DNA of 64,000 bases, taken from Octopus vulgaris. Taxonomy: Eukaryota. Positions 26,300 to 39,184 of the stretch are shown here, in pieces. The notes under the pieces were generated by a model. The model was given only the letters and a program-made list of their open reading frames with translations. It did not search any database and was not told the DNA's origin. The first letter of the stretch is position 1. The number at the start of each line of letters is the position of its first letter. The position numbers and the translations under genes are program-made. Where the stretch lies: assembly GCA_951406725.2 (NCBI GenBank), contig OX597814.1, forward strand, positions 96,224,001 to 96,288,000. Direction: 5' to 3'.

Positions 26300-26461
26300 A
26301 CAGGCTTCTTTCAGTTTCTGTTTACCAAATCCACTTACAAGGCTTTGGTTGGCCTGAGGCTATAGTAGAAGACACTTGCCCGAGGTGCTATGCAATGGGA
26401 ATGAACCCAGAACGATGTGGTTGGTAAGCAGGCTACTTACCACATAGCCACTAATGCGCCT
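25975..26461 (-). mobile_element. SINE family B, full length
   Basis: Same organisation as 9586-10037; lies about 55 bp after the exon ending at 25921. Confidence 0.85.
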
Positions 26462-27963
26462 ATATATTTCCACAATTCTCAACTGATTTTCACCAAACTT
26501 CACACACTTATTACTTATGTCTCAAGGATGGTCATGCACTAATAACATTTTGCCCAGAGTTCCCACATAAATGGATGCAAATGGACATATTTTTTTGTAT
26601 GTAGGGTCTTCCATACTTTTTAAATCTTTTTACAAAAGTGAAAGGATTTTGTCTATTTATTTTCACTGTCCACCTGCAACAGTGATTAAATTGACTAGGA
26701 ACACTACGCGATGAATATCCAATGCAAAACAATCTTAATCTCCATATTTAAACTGCATTAAACATTGGCAAGCTTACCTTTATCTATTCTGAATTACTTG
26801 AAAGGTGATGTTCCCTTCCCTCTCTCCAATTTGCTGATACTTTTGTTTACCAACCAATATGTTGTTTTACTTTAAGCATGCTTATTTACCCATCCATTAT
26901 GATATTTCAACTATTGTCTGTTGTTTCAAATACATTTTAGCATTGTTGTTCCAGCATTTTTTAAACAATCACATATGATTCATCCCAAAGAATCAACCTT
27001 TAAATAAGAGTTTTGCTTCTACTAGTGAAAGCTAACCATATCTTTCAGGAAGCTCCACACCAATTTAACTTTATGCAGCATTCGCTGTTAGTTTATGCAC
27101 AAGCTATGTGAGAAGACAGAATAAAGGGGCTTTTGTTAGCTTATCTCTCTGAAAAAATAGCTCCCTTTGCTGTTGAAAAAAATAAACTTGCAGAGGGAAA
27201 GTTTCAACGTCTTCCTTCAATTTCATTACTCCTGACAAGAAATTTTACTTTCATGTAAAACAACTATATTTTGTAGTCATTATCCGTAATCTACTCCCAA
27301 AACACTTCAGTAGCTCTACTTTGCATCACTTGCAAACTTATATGTTCTATGATCATTAAAGAGCAACAACCTCCACAATAACCAGCCTTCAGTTTAATTT
27401 TCCATTCTTAGGCTAATCGGAAACATAGATTGCTGTGCTACTCATAAACCTTCTCAGTAGTTCAATTATTTGGCAAAAATATATTATCAAAGCAACTTAA
27501 ACTGTCCAAAGGATGGATGTGTTTGCTAGTATATATATATTTTCTTTTAAGGCAACAAGCTGGCAGAATTGTTAGCATGCCAGGCAAATTGCTTAGCAAA
27601 ATTTTGTCCATCTGTACCTTCTGATTTCAAATTCTGCTGAGGTTGACTTTGCTTTTCATCCTTTCACAGTTGATAGAATAAACACCAGTTAAGCACTAAG
27701 TCCCTTCATCAAAACTGGTAGCCTTTTACCAAAATTTGAAACCAATAGACATATAGTTCTCTCTTCCAATTCACCCTTTGTTTGCTTTCAACAGTGGACA
27801 TCATGCAATAAGTTCCTATTTGTTGCAAAGCTTTGCTTTAAAATTAGAATAAATGATATTACATACATTCTTCTATCTTTAGTATTTCACTTAATACACC
27901 TGTACTCTTTTCTGCTAATACCACATCACTGTATATAAAAAAACATGGATATTGAGCATTAAA

Positions 27964-28194
27964 GGCGGCGAGCTGGCAGAATCGTTAGCACGCTGGGTGA
28001 AAGGCTTAGCAGTATTTTGTCTGCCGTTACATTCTGAGTTCAAATTCCGCCGAGGTCGACTTTGCCTTTTATCCTTTCGGAGTCGATTAAATATGTACCA
28101 GTTACGTACTGGGGTCAATATAACTGACTTAATCCGTTTGTCTGTCCTTGTTTGTCCCTTCTGTGTTTAGTCCCTTGTGGGTAGTAAAGAAATA
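27964..28194 (+). mobile_element. SINE family A, full length with TSD
   Basis: tRNA-like head (tggcagaatcgttag; gagttcaaattcc); 17-bp TSD ggatattgagcattaaa at 27947-63 and 28195-211. Confidence 0.92.
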
Positions 28195-28494
28195 GGATAT
28201 TGAGCATTAAATCAATTTATATGGGAAATGGAAGATTGCTTCCAAAAATATAGTTCTAATACATAAAGTGATCTTGTAAGACAGATTCAAACCACCAAAC
28301 TAAGGATGACATGTATATAACACCACTACACTCCTCTGCTCTACTGAGCTATAATGTTTTCAACAGGTAAAAGAAATATCTCTGACAGTTTTAGTATACC
28401 TGAAATAGCATTTATGGATAATTTTAAATCTAAAGTTAAACATATATATACACATATACATCTGTTTGTTTGGTGTCTGTCTGTATTATGTACC

Positions 28495-28920
28495 CTGGTC
28501 AGCAATGTATGACCTCAAAAGAGGAAGGAATCCCATACATAATTAAATGGAAGAATCTTAAAATCCCGCTTGACTTGAGGACATTTCTAAAAACCAGAGA
28601 TAAGAAGTATTTAGTCAATGCCCTCATCTAAAACGTTTCTTGCTACAAACTCGGAAGTTCCAATTTGTTGAATAGACCCGTTGCAGCTCTTTAGAACATC
28701 AACACAGCTTGAGCTGATGTAAGGGGGATAACCCAATCCTGCCTGCACCACAGATATTAATTTTTTTTATATATATTTTGTTTACAAACCAACTGACCAT
28801 TATGTATTTTTTCCTCTAGTTGTAGAGAGGTTCTGTGCCTTCAGCCACTTGAGTCTGACAAGTTACCTATACTGCTAAGTGCTTTATAGTTGTGAAACCA
28901 ATGGTCACTGTATGACCGTC
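28495..28920 (+). mobile_element. Penelope-like element 3' relic (endonuclease C-terminus plus terminal repeat)
   Basis: Fragments KEEGIPYIIKWK and SQCPHLKRFLL resemble the end of PLE GIY-YIG domains (L....I.Y.IKW, SKCRH..KFLL); a hammerhead-like motif follows. Confidence 0.55.
28852..28909 (+). ncRNA. Degenerate type I hammerhead ribozyme motif
   Basis: agt CTGACAA gttacctata...tatagttgt GAAA ccaatgg TC act; G8A core change; stem III acca/tggt. Confidence 0.5.
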
Positions 28921-29203
28921 CATAACTTTTGATTTCCTAAAAAATATACTACTACTCTAATGCTTTAGAGTGTGCTTCTTTTTTGGAGATATGAACCACT
29001 GACCGTTTATATATATTTATATATGCACATACTCAGAGTGGTTGGCGTTAGGAAGGGCATCCAGCTGTAGAAACTCTGCCAGATCAAGATTGGAGCCTGG
29101 TGCAGCCATCTGGTTTGCCAGCCCTCAGTCAAAATCGTCCAACCCATGCTAGCATGGAAAGTGGACGTTAAACGATGATGATGATGATGATACATACATA
29201 CAC

Positions 29204-29235
<32 letters not shown>

Positions 29236-29573
29236 GGCTGTGTCTAGGGAGAGTCATTATGACATTCAATGACACTTCACTCTTAGTCAATTGGTTACAT
29301 ATTCAACTAACTAATTAATTGCTTGTTTAATTTGGTTAACCAAATTAAACAAACAATTAGTAAGTTCTTATATCAGAAAGTTCTTATACTATATTCTTAT
29401 ACTAAATAATCCATTATAAATATATAATATTAATCCATTTATCTATATAGTTACATACTTGTAGGAAGAAATCTAATAAAAGATTATTTCTGTAATTAGT
29501 TATTTGTAAAGTATATCTATTTTGTTTATTGTTTTAACTCATTTTCACATCTTTATTTATCAATTCCTTGTAG

Positions 29574-29768
29574 GTTGTTCAAGAAGCTCTCGATAAAGCA
29601 AGAAGTGGTCGTACCTGTTTAGTTGTTGCCCACAGGCTCTCAACGATTAAGGATTCTGACAGAATTGCTGTAGTAGTTAATGGTAAAGTGCATGAAATTG
29701 GAACACATACTGAACTAGACAAAAAGAAAGATGTTTACTTTGATCTCTTAAACAATCAAAATCTCTAA
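29574..29768 (+). CDS. ABCB1: ABCB1-like terminal coding exon (H-loop, stop)
   Basis: ccttgtag acceptor. [64 protein letters not shown] then TAA at 29766-29768. Confidence 0.96.
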   Translation, partial: VVQEALDKARSGRTCLVVAHRLSTIKDSDRIAVVVNGKVHEIGTHTELDKKKDVYFDLLNNQNL

Positions 29769-29772
29769 TAAA
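29767..29772 (+). promoter_or_regulatory. Candidate polyadenylation signal overlapping the ABCB1-like stop codon
   Basis: AATAAA at 29767-29772 shares two bases with the TAA stop; AT-rich context makes chance occurrence plausible. Confidence 0.35.
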
Positions 29773-30288
29773 ATTTTATTTGATGGCACATTTTATAAAA
29801 CATTTTATAAATCATTTGATGCCACGTTTTATAAAACATAAAATCACGATATTAGAAACATGAACAATTTCATCATTTTAATCTTTTTTCCTCTTCTTAT
29901 AAATATTTACTGTACTGCTTTTTTCTACATTTAATACAGTAGTCACACTTATTTTATATATTTCTTTGTTGCTTTTTTTGATAATATAAATCTTTGAAGT
30001 AACTGGGATTTTGTTTTTTTTTGGTACAAAGAAAGAAATTTTCAAGGGAAGAAGTTGTTGACTACCACTACACCCAATGCTTCTTTTAATTATTAAATTG
30101 TGACCATCCTGGGACACTGAGTTGAAGGGTTTTGGGTGGATAAATTGAATTTCTTTCTTCTAAGCCTGGTACTTATTCTATTTGTAAGTTTTTGCTGAAC
30201 TGCTAAATTATGGGGGATGTAAACAAATCAAAACAAGTTGTCACGTGGTGGTGGTGGACAAACACAGATGCAAAGACAAACACACACA

Positions 30289-30355
<67 letters not shown>

Positions 30356-30656
30356 TTGTGTGTATATATATAAAAGGTAAAAAATTGCCTGGAAAGGTGA
30401 CAAAGAAACACAGGAAATGGGAGGAAAATGTACAAAACATGAGCATACTCATCTCTCATCAGTTGTCAACCAAAACACTTCAAAATTTCGAACCATTTTG
30501 AAGGCACCAACAGCAAAAACGCTACTGAAATAAATAAGTGGAGATATAAGACAGAAAGAACAGCAAGGATGGTGATGAAAACACGAACACATAATAAACA
30601 ACAACAGAAAAGGATGAGACATGAACAATGTACACACATCCTTGCTGTACGTACAA

Positions 30657-30704
<48 letters not shown>

Positions 30705-30719
30705 ACATACATATAAGGC

Positions 30720-31150
30720 AGCATTAAGAGGAGACACATGTTGAATTTAAAAAAAATAAGAAGTAGGAAAAAGATGTCCTATAGGACTTAAAAAGGAATG
30801 TTGAGAGGTAGAAAGATATGTGTGTGTGTGTGTATACAGCAGATTTGAGCTGGGCTCAAATCTCATTTGCAAACCCATGGAAAACGAATCTCCACCAACT
30901 ATTCGGCCTATATGTCTGTGCACACCTTTCAAAGCAATGTATGCCAGAAGGTTTGCAAATCTAACAGAAGCCTCAAAAGACATTTTAAGATACACAAATA
31001 TCAGAACTTAACTGCAGCTCTTGGTGGTCCAAGTTGGATATGCAATCTATGTGGATGTCTTTTCAAAACATTGTCTGGTTTAAAAAGCCACATCAAATGC
31101 CATGATGGTTCTAAGGTTTGAGTACAGGAGGTGATCAAACTCTGCATAAG
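30720..31150 (+). mobile_element. Probable RTE-type LINE 3' end encoding degenerate C2H2 zinc fingers
   Basis: VCQKVCKSNRSLKRHFKIH and CNLCGCLFKTLSGLKSHIKCH, then a short UTR running into (TA)n; interrupted by a (TG)n insertion. Confidence 0.55.
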
Positions 31151-31163
31151 GAATAGACAACCA

Positions 31164-31226
<63 letters not shown>

Positions 31227-31487
31227 AGGCTTCTTTCAGCTTTCATCTACCAAATCCTCTTACAAGGCTTTGGTTGGACAGGTTGGACTATAAAAGAAGA
31301 CACTTGGCAAAGCTGCCATGCAGTGGGACTAAACCTGGTACCATGTGGTTGTGGGTTCTTACCACACAGCCATATGCAGGCAAAATTCTACTAAATTGAA
31401 CTCAGTATATAAAAAGAGAAAACAAATACTGCAAAATGTCAAGATAGATACTCTAATGATTCTGTTACTCCATCAGTCTGTATTTAA

Positions 31488-31689
31488 CCCTTCAGCATTC
31501 AAACTGACCATATCTGGCCCAAATATTCTACCTGTTTTATATTCCAACTGGCCAGCTCTAGACTCTCATGCATACCTAACAATATAAACAATCACACTAT
31601 GAAACTCTTGAAGCTACAAAACAATTTATGCTTAATTCAAAACAATCTGAATATATTAGATTTGACAGAGTAATCTGAATGCTAAAGGG
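31488..31689. mobile_element. piggyBac-like MITE
   Basis: TTAA TSDs at 31484-87 and 31690-93; TIR cccttcagcattca / tgaatgctaaaggg. Confidence 0.85.
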
Positions 31690-32165
31690 TTAATATAAAA
31701 TAGTTAAGACGTGTTATAAACATACTTTTCATAGCAAACTTTTGACGGTCAACAATTTTTACATCAATTAAACATATATCTATATCCCAATTAAACAGAT
31801 TTATATTATACAGCTCATATTACTTTTTGAGCAGTTTAATATGGTGGTATGAGCAGGCTAAGATTCTCGCTTCTATTTCATACATACATACATTTGTCTA
31901 CCGTTTAAATGTTTTGAACTTATAACCACCAATCTGCTTTGCTTTCCTTTTCTCTCTACATGCCACCCTAGCACAGTTCATTGGTCATGTTAGAAAACCT
32001 TCGCATATTATGGTGAGGCTCATTCAAAGCTGGTATTTGATCCAGGTTAGATGTGAAATGTCAGTACAATTTCAAACCACTCATCAAATACACACGGTTT
32101 ATCTCAGGATTGCAAGTATATACATTTAAAAGTAGAGTATATGATACAGTTTTAAGTAACAGAAC

Positions 32166-32491
32166 GTGAGGGCGCGTGGCTTAGTGGTTAGGGCATTCGG
32201 CTCAAGATCGTAAGGTTGTGAGTTTGATTCCCGGCGACGCGTTGTGTCCTTGAGCAAGACACTTTATTTCACGTTGCTCCAGTCCACTCAGCTGGCAAAA
32301 ATGAGTTGTACTTGTATTTCAAAGGGTCAGCCTTGTCACTCTCTGTGTCACGCTGATTATCCCCGAGAACTACGTTAAGGGTACACGTGTCTGTGGAATG
32401 CTCAGCCATTTGCACGTTAATTTCACGAGCAAGCTGTTCCGTTGATCGTATCAGCTGGGACCCTCGTCGTTGTAACCGGCGGAGTCTTTAG
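32166..32491 (+). mobile_element. tRNA/CORE-type SINE family C with TSD
   Basis: ggcgcgtggcttagtggttaggg head, gttgtgtccttgagcaagacactt CORE-like block, 12-bp TSD aagtaacagaac at 32154-65 and 32492-503. Confidence 0.9.
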
Positions 32492-34231
32492 AAGTAACAG
32501 AACAGAATAAATGAACTGGAACTATTTATAAAAAATTAATTCTTCACCATAGAGTCCTTCCATTGCCTTTAATTGATAAATGAAGGTTTCCTCAAAAATC
32601 ATAGGCCCCTTCCCAAATGGCCAGTTTATGCCTGCTCTGCTGTACAACTCTGGTTCAAACACCAGGATGTGTATACTTTGTTATAGTCACTGTATAAGGA
32701 ATGAAAAGAAATGAAAATGCAGAAAGCTATTAATCCATCCATATCTATCCATCTATCCATTCAACTGTCAATCTGTCACTCAGATGGGCATAAAAGTCAC
32801 ATTAAGTATTTACTACCTGTAGGAAAAGATTTTTATTTCTTTATTGCCCACAGGAGGCTAAACGTAGAAGAAGCAAACAAGGACAGACAAAGGGATTAAG
32901 TCGATTACATCGACCCCCAGTGCATAACTGGTACTTATTTAATTGACCCCAAAAGGATGAAAGGCAAAATCAACCTTGGTGGAATTTGAACTCAGAACGT
33001 AACGGCAGACAAAATACCGCTAAGTATTTCACCTGGCGTATGAAGACCAGTTTTGTTTTGATGAATAAGGAATCTCCTCTCTAACATATAATTGTTCTTC
33101 ATGAGCCAGAGGATCATAAGGTCAGCTACCCAGTTTCCATGGCATATAAGTGACTGAGATCACAACGTTCCCTCTGAGTGGGATGCTGGTTTCTTGTAGG
33201 GTCCAAGGCCTGCAATTTTGAGGGAAGAAGATAAGTTGATTACGTCAGTCCTCGTTCTTGACTGGTACAGTATTTTATCAGCATATAATTAATCGTTAAA
33301 TATTTGTGTATTAGCTCACATACTTAGTCAAGTGAACGAAAAATAAATTTTAATCGATTGAAATTAAAACCACGTTGGAAAAAAAGTCATTTACATTAAT
33401 GGAAATTTTCCCTTTAAGAAATACATGGGAGAGAACTCTGTGATGTGAATTGAATAAAAATGAAATGGAAAATTGAGAATGAATAGGGTCAGGTCTCACC
33501 ATATACGTACATGGTGTTTGTTCCATCTTCACAGATGAATATCATCACTTTGTGTCTCCCCATTGTCAATGGCATTTTTTACTTTCCATCCATAACCTTT
33601 CAGATAACTGCTTAGTCCCATTGTAGATCTGCATGGTTTGAAGTATAGCTGGCAAAAGTAATCATTGCGTACTTCCACACACATAACCAATCTTCTATGA
33701 CCATAAGGACTTTCTGTAACAGAATGACAAATGAGCTCACCATAAAGAGACATCTGTACTTCTTTGAATGATAGCGATAAACACAAGTACCACTCTCCAG
33801 TCTCTATCATTAGTACCTAGTGACAGACCGAAGTGAGATGGCTTGGGGAAACTGCAGGTTTTACATTAGAGTGCCCTTCTCCAAGAAGGATGCCATGAAC
33901 AACAGCTAGGGGTTCCTAACTCCAGGTAGTTTTACACTCTGACACCAAATATGGGTATTTTTATGTTCCTATCCTCAAATGGGATAGCATCACATATGCT
34001 GGTTAACCCATAGCTGGGACCTGACAGATGCTAGTACTCCAGGTCAGAGTAAACCAGGGAACAATAATAACTATGAAGTGGTTCCACACTCTTCAAATCC
34101 TGGAAGTCCCAAGCTAGATACTCATGACTGGGTGCAGTTTAAGGTCATACCCAGGACACACACACACACACACACACATATATATTCATGCAAAATAGAC
34201 ACACAAATACAAATACAAACACACATACATA

Positions 34232-34641
34232 TACTCTTTTACTCTTTTACTTGTTTCAGTCATTTGACTGTGGCAATGATGGAGCACCACCTTTAGTTGA
34301 GCAAATCGACCACAGGATTTATCCTTTGTAAGCCTTGTACTTATTCTATTGGTCTCTTTTGACGATCCGCTAAGTTATGGGGATGTAAACACACCAACAT
34401 CAGTTGTCAAGCGATGTTAGGGGGATAAACACAGACACATAAACATATACACACTCATATATATATACATATATATGACGGACTTCTTTCAGTCTTTCTG
34501 TCTACCAAATCCACTCACAAGGCTTTGGTCAGCCCAAGGCTATAGTAGAATACACTTGCCTAAAGTGCCACGCAGTGAGACTGAACCTGGAACCATGTGG
34601 TTCATAAGCAAGCAACTTACCACACAGCTACTCCTACGCCT
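34232..34641 (-). mobile_element. SINE family B, full length
   Basis: Same organisation as 9586-10037. Confidence 0.85.
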
Positions 34642-34706
34642 ATTCACTTGTACATAAAAATATATTTATACATTTGAATATACATACATACATACATACA
34701 TATGAA

Positions 34707-35335
34707 GGATGTGATTACCACAGATAAAAACTACTTCGATCATATGTCTACTTGGCACTGTCATGCCTTTGGATGTCAGAAGTGAAAGAAGAAAAATCTG
34801 ACGTCATTTTGACGTCACACTTTTTCTCGTCCATCTTCGTTTCTTTCCGTATAATTTATCAAATTAAAAAACGCAAAATCAAAAACGCGTGTAAATATAT
34901 CAAATTAATAAACGCAAATTATTTAGAATGTAAAAATCAAATTAATAAACGCAAATTATTTAGAATGCCAAAGGTCGGAAATTATGGTTGTACCAGGCAA
35001 TATACGCTCTCGTATAATTTGTAAAAGAGTGTCCGCTGTCCGATCTTCCACTGCCACTAAAATACATCTTCTGGTATCTCTTTCTAAAGCACCAAACACC
35101 CACTGCGTTTTAACCCGATGGCCAACATTATATTTTCTCCTAACAAACGCGGTTTCGTCTATCTCTACGATTCTGTTGGGTCCTCCCAGCTTAATATTCT
35201 GTGCAACATAATATTCTGCACATATATTGCGGCAAAAATTCCCCCAATCTGTCACGGCTACATTTGCTAAATGAAATTCCTGTCCTATTCCTTTTGCTAA
35301 ATCTTCTTTGGCCCAGTAAAACAACAACACAATGT
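34707..35335 (-). mobile_element. Merlin (IS1016/ISXO2-like) transposon fragment
   Basis: KLGGPNRIVEIDETAFVRRKYNVGHRVKTQWVFGALERDT...ILPGTTIISDLW (first two DDE aspartates); duplicated caaattaataaacgcaaattatttagaatg at 34901 and 34938. Confidence 0.85.
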
Positions 35336-37179
35336 ACAAGATTTAATCAGCATTACTACTGAGTCAAAGAACTTACAAATTGAAACTTTCATTGTTCAAG
35401 GAAACCATTGTATTGTAACTTACCCTGCAAAAACAACCCTCAAATGATACTGCTGACAATATTCAAAATAAGGAAGAACATTGAATCTGCAGTATGGTCT
35501 CAGCTATGTTCATTAAATCAAGGTGATTAACTGAATAATATTGGACAGGTTGCACTGTGTCTGAATAAAGATAGTAACATGGAGTTTGAAAGAGGTTTAA
35601 CCAATATTTCTAGCAGGTCAAATGACAATATGAAGGCTCTTGCATTGACATGTGTTGTTGCCTCTGTGTTTCTCTATTTCTGTTGGTCATAAAAACGTTC
35701 TCATTCAGTACAAAAGGTAAGCAGATAGTATGAACCAAGCATAAAAAATGTGAAGTTGTATGGTAGTGAATCATGGGCATTAAATGCAAAAGATCTGAAA
35801 AACGTTTGAGAAAAACAAGGCAAACATAATCTACTGGATGTGCAACATTAAACACTCAAGAAAGTAGAGTACAAGGGAAACCAGGCAGGTATTAAAGGTA
35901 TCAGATTAAGTAAGCAGAGAGATAACTGTGCTGCTATGGACATGTCATGTAAATGTCATTTAAATGGACAATGAGTATTGTGGGGAAAAGTGCAATGAAT
36001 CATCAATAAGAATGGTTTAGCCTGCATGTTGGTCTAGTGTAACCTGGAGAACAAAGGTGAAGTTTATGACTATCTATTGGTTCTACTCCCTTAAAAAAAG
36101 AAACAAAAAAATCTACAGCCTTTTCTTTGAATTTCAAGAGGACTACCACCTTCCAGAGACCCATGAATTTGTAGTCCATGAATGATATGTTGAATGATTA
36201 GGTCCAGTCAATAGATTGGATCTGGGCATCCAACATATACCATACTGCTAAGTTGTTGACATATAGTGGTTAATCAAATGTGGTGTATGGTTGCAGTTTG
36301 GGTATGTTGCATATTCTCTTAGAAAATAACTAGAGTGTCAAGAACAAGTTCCTCTAGCTTGTTTACAAAATGCATGAAATGATGAAAAATAGTCCTTGTT
36401 ATTTCTATATGTTTTTAGGTTTTAGTGGTGACCACAACAGAGACAGGGAATGTGCACATGGTTTAAAGTAAGGAACAATCTCTCATAACAAATTATTGGG
36501 TAGCAATTGTATGAGTATTTAGTTGAAAAACTATTTGTTCCAAAATATTAACTACAGTTTGTCCCTCTTTGTTTGATTCTTGCTTTGAAATATTTGTTAA
36601 ATTTCATACTGCTGTTTCTCATTCATTTTGATAAATATAAAAGCATCTATAATTTGTAAAATTTCCAACTCATGGAAAAGAGAATTATTTAGTATTAATG
36701 GACAGGGCATATAAGAGAAGGGGTGGTTCTGAGAGCTTCCCTAACAAAAAAAAAACAAAAAAAAAAACAAAATCAAAAAACACCCCCTCTCCCAAAAACA
36801 AAAACAAAACAAACCTAAACTCCACAAAAACAAAACTAAAAACAAAACAGAGTGTTAAATGTAGAGGAACTCCTCCTCTATTCTGGAGTTCCAAAGTAGT
36901 CTTGTTTTACCCCTTGCTAACTTTCAGGGACCCTGTTAGAGAAACATATTTATTAATAAAATTTTTCACAAGAAATATAATAAAAAGAAAATTTTTCGAG
37001 AACCTTAGAAAACTTTTCAGAGAGCTTTCCTTCCCCAGAACTCAAAAGCAGTCTCATTCTATGCCTTGCCAAATTTCTGTCAGAGGCCCTGTAATTATGG
37101 AAACAGCATAAATGTGCCAGTAACAGTAAAGTGATAAATAAAATTAAATAGCAATGCAGTATTTTCAAAGCTGAGTTGG

Positions 37180-38630
37180 AGGAAAAAGAGTAATGCCTGT
37201 GACATTCGCTCAATCTTTGAAACTGAAGGCAAGGAAACCGATACATCAGATACAGTCCTTCTTTCAAGTAATCAAAAAAAAAATGTGTTCCTTATTTTGC
37301 TCAAGAAAATGGTTAGGTGAATTGTACAGATCCTAGTGGAGTAAAAGGAAAATTTGGCATAAGTTACAGCCCTGATGAATGGAAACCCTTTATTGATTCT
37401 TCCATTATTCAGTCTTAAAGTCTTAAAGTCTTAAAGTCTTAAAGCTGTTCTATTGCATAATGGTAATAAATATGCTTCCATCCATGTTGGACTCTCAGTG
37501 ATCATGAAGAAAACATGAAAATTTGGAGTTACTTTTACACAAGATTAAATTCAAAGATCACAACTGGAGCTTTGTAATGACTAGAAAATAATTTGCATGT
37601 TACTTGGACAACAGTCAGTCTAGTCAGACTTTCTTTGTTTCTTGTGTAAATGGGACAGTAGAAACAGGAACCTCTCATTGGTTTAAAACATAATGGCCAA
37701 AGAGGGATACATTTATATCAGGAACAAAGAACAATCTTTGAGAAAGATTGGTTGATCTGAAAAGGTTCTTTTGCTGCCTCTACATATAAAACTGGGCAAT
37801 GAAGCAATTTGCAAAAAGTTTTGTTACATGCTGGAAAGGGCTTTGAATATTTGCATAGCAAGTTTCCTGTTCTATCAGGTACCATGGCTAAAGAGAATGT
37901 ATTTGTAGGACTGGTAATAAGGAAACTTGTCAAAGATTAAAAAGTTTGAAAACTATCTCAATGATTCTGAAAAAGATGCATGCATTAGTTTTAAACATGT
38001 GATGAAGAACTTCTTGGAGAATCACAAGAATCCAAACTACAAAGACAAAGTGAGAAGAATGTTGGAAAAGTTCGGGTTCTTAGGATGTAAAATGTGTATC
38101 GCAGTTAATTTCTTACATGCCCATTTGGATTTCTTTCTGGAAAATCTGGAAGTGAGGTGAGTGAGGAGCAAGGGGAAAAGTTTCATCAAGACATAAAGGA
38201 GATGGAAATATTACAAGAAAAGATGGAATGTCAAAATGATGGCTGACTATTGTTGCTTTGTCAATGATCATCAAATGCTTAATGAAAGAGTTCCAAGCAT
38301 AGTCTTCAAGTGAAAAATAAAGAATTTTGATGTGCTAAACCCCAAAAAATGGACGGAACCCTTGTATAAATCTATTTTCTCACCTTTCAATTGCACTTGT
38401 ACCATCTTTATTTTGCTAACCACAGCACCAAATTCATTTCTATCTGTTCCATTTTGTCTACCGTATGTGAATTTACTTACAGATTATGATATAATTTATC
38501 ATTAAATTATGAAAAAAAACCTAAAGTAATAGAAAAGAGCGTTTTTGATATTTCGAATTAGCCCTGCAAAAATATACAAAGTAACATACAGTTATCAAAA
38601 TAATTTTCAATACGTTCCATTTCGCAGACA
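37180..38630 (+). mobile_element. Decayed DNA transposase, probably Chapaev3/CMC-like
   Basis: Frameshifted motifs SLKAVLLHNGNKYASI, CFLCKWDSR, LPLHIKLG, NFLENHKNPNY, HAHLDFF, GEKFHQDI and MMADYC; family assignment is from memory of these motifs. Confidence 0.7.
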
Positions 38631-39081
38631 TTTCATGGAAACTAACTCTTGCATAAACTTAATAGAGTTGTTTCCCTTGGATATTTAATACCTTTAGTGT
38701 AATATATTTAATAGCTTAGTGTAGCTATTATGTGTAGCTTTAATGTGGTGATGGAAATATATTAAAAATACTTATAAATTAGCACAATGACCAATATTAT
38801 TTTAAGCATTTCACCAATCACAGAAATCACTTCAAGTCCGGATCTCTGCAGAGTATGAACTTATTTGACGATATATCTTTTACCTTTCACTTGTTTCAGT
38901 CACTAAACTGCGGCGATGCCTTGAAGGGCAAGTCGATCCCTGTATATATATTTTTAAACCCGATACTTATTCGATCGGTGTCTTTTGCCGAACCGCTATG
39001 TTACGGGAATAACAAACCGGTTGTCAAGCAGTGGTGGTGGAAAAGACAAACACAAATACACGCATAGATATATACACACAC

Positions 39082-39183
<102 letters not shown>

Positions 39184-39184
39184 A

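Noticed and set aside
26900-27300. Possible Helitron helicase remnant (minus-strand RLILWDES)
   Set aside because: One short motif only; no other helicase or Rep motifs could be recovered.
30867-31121. C2H2 zinc-finger ORF as a host ZNF gene
   Set aside because: First finger is degenerate, there is no TGEKP linker or clear splice context, and it ends in a short UTR plus (TA)n like a LINE 3' end.
34860-34970. CRISPR-like repeat-spacer array
   Set aside because: Two to three adjacent AT-rich units without unique spacers, in eukaryotic transposon context, and no cas genes.
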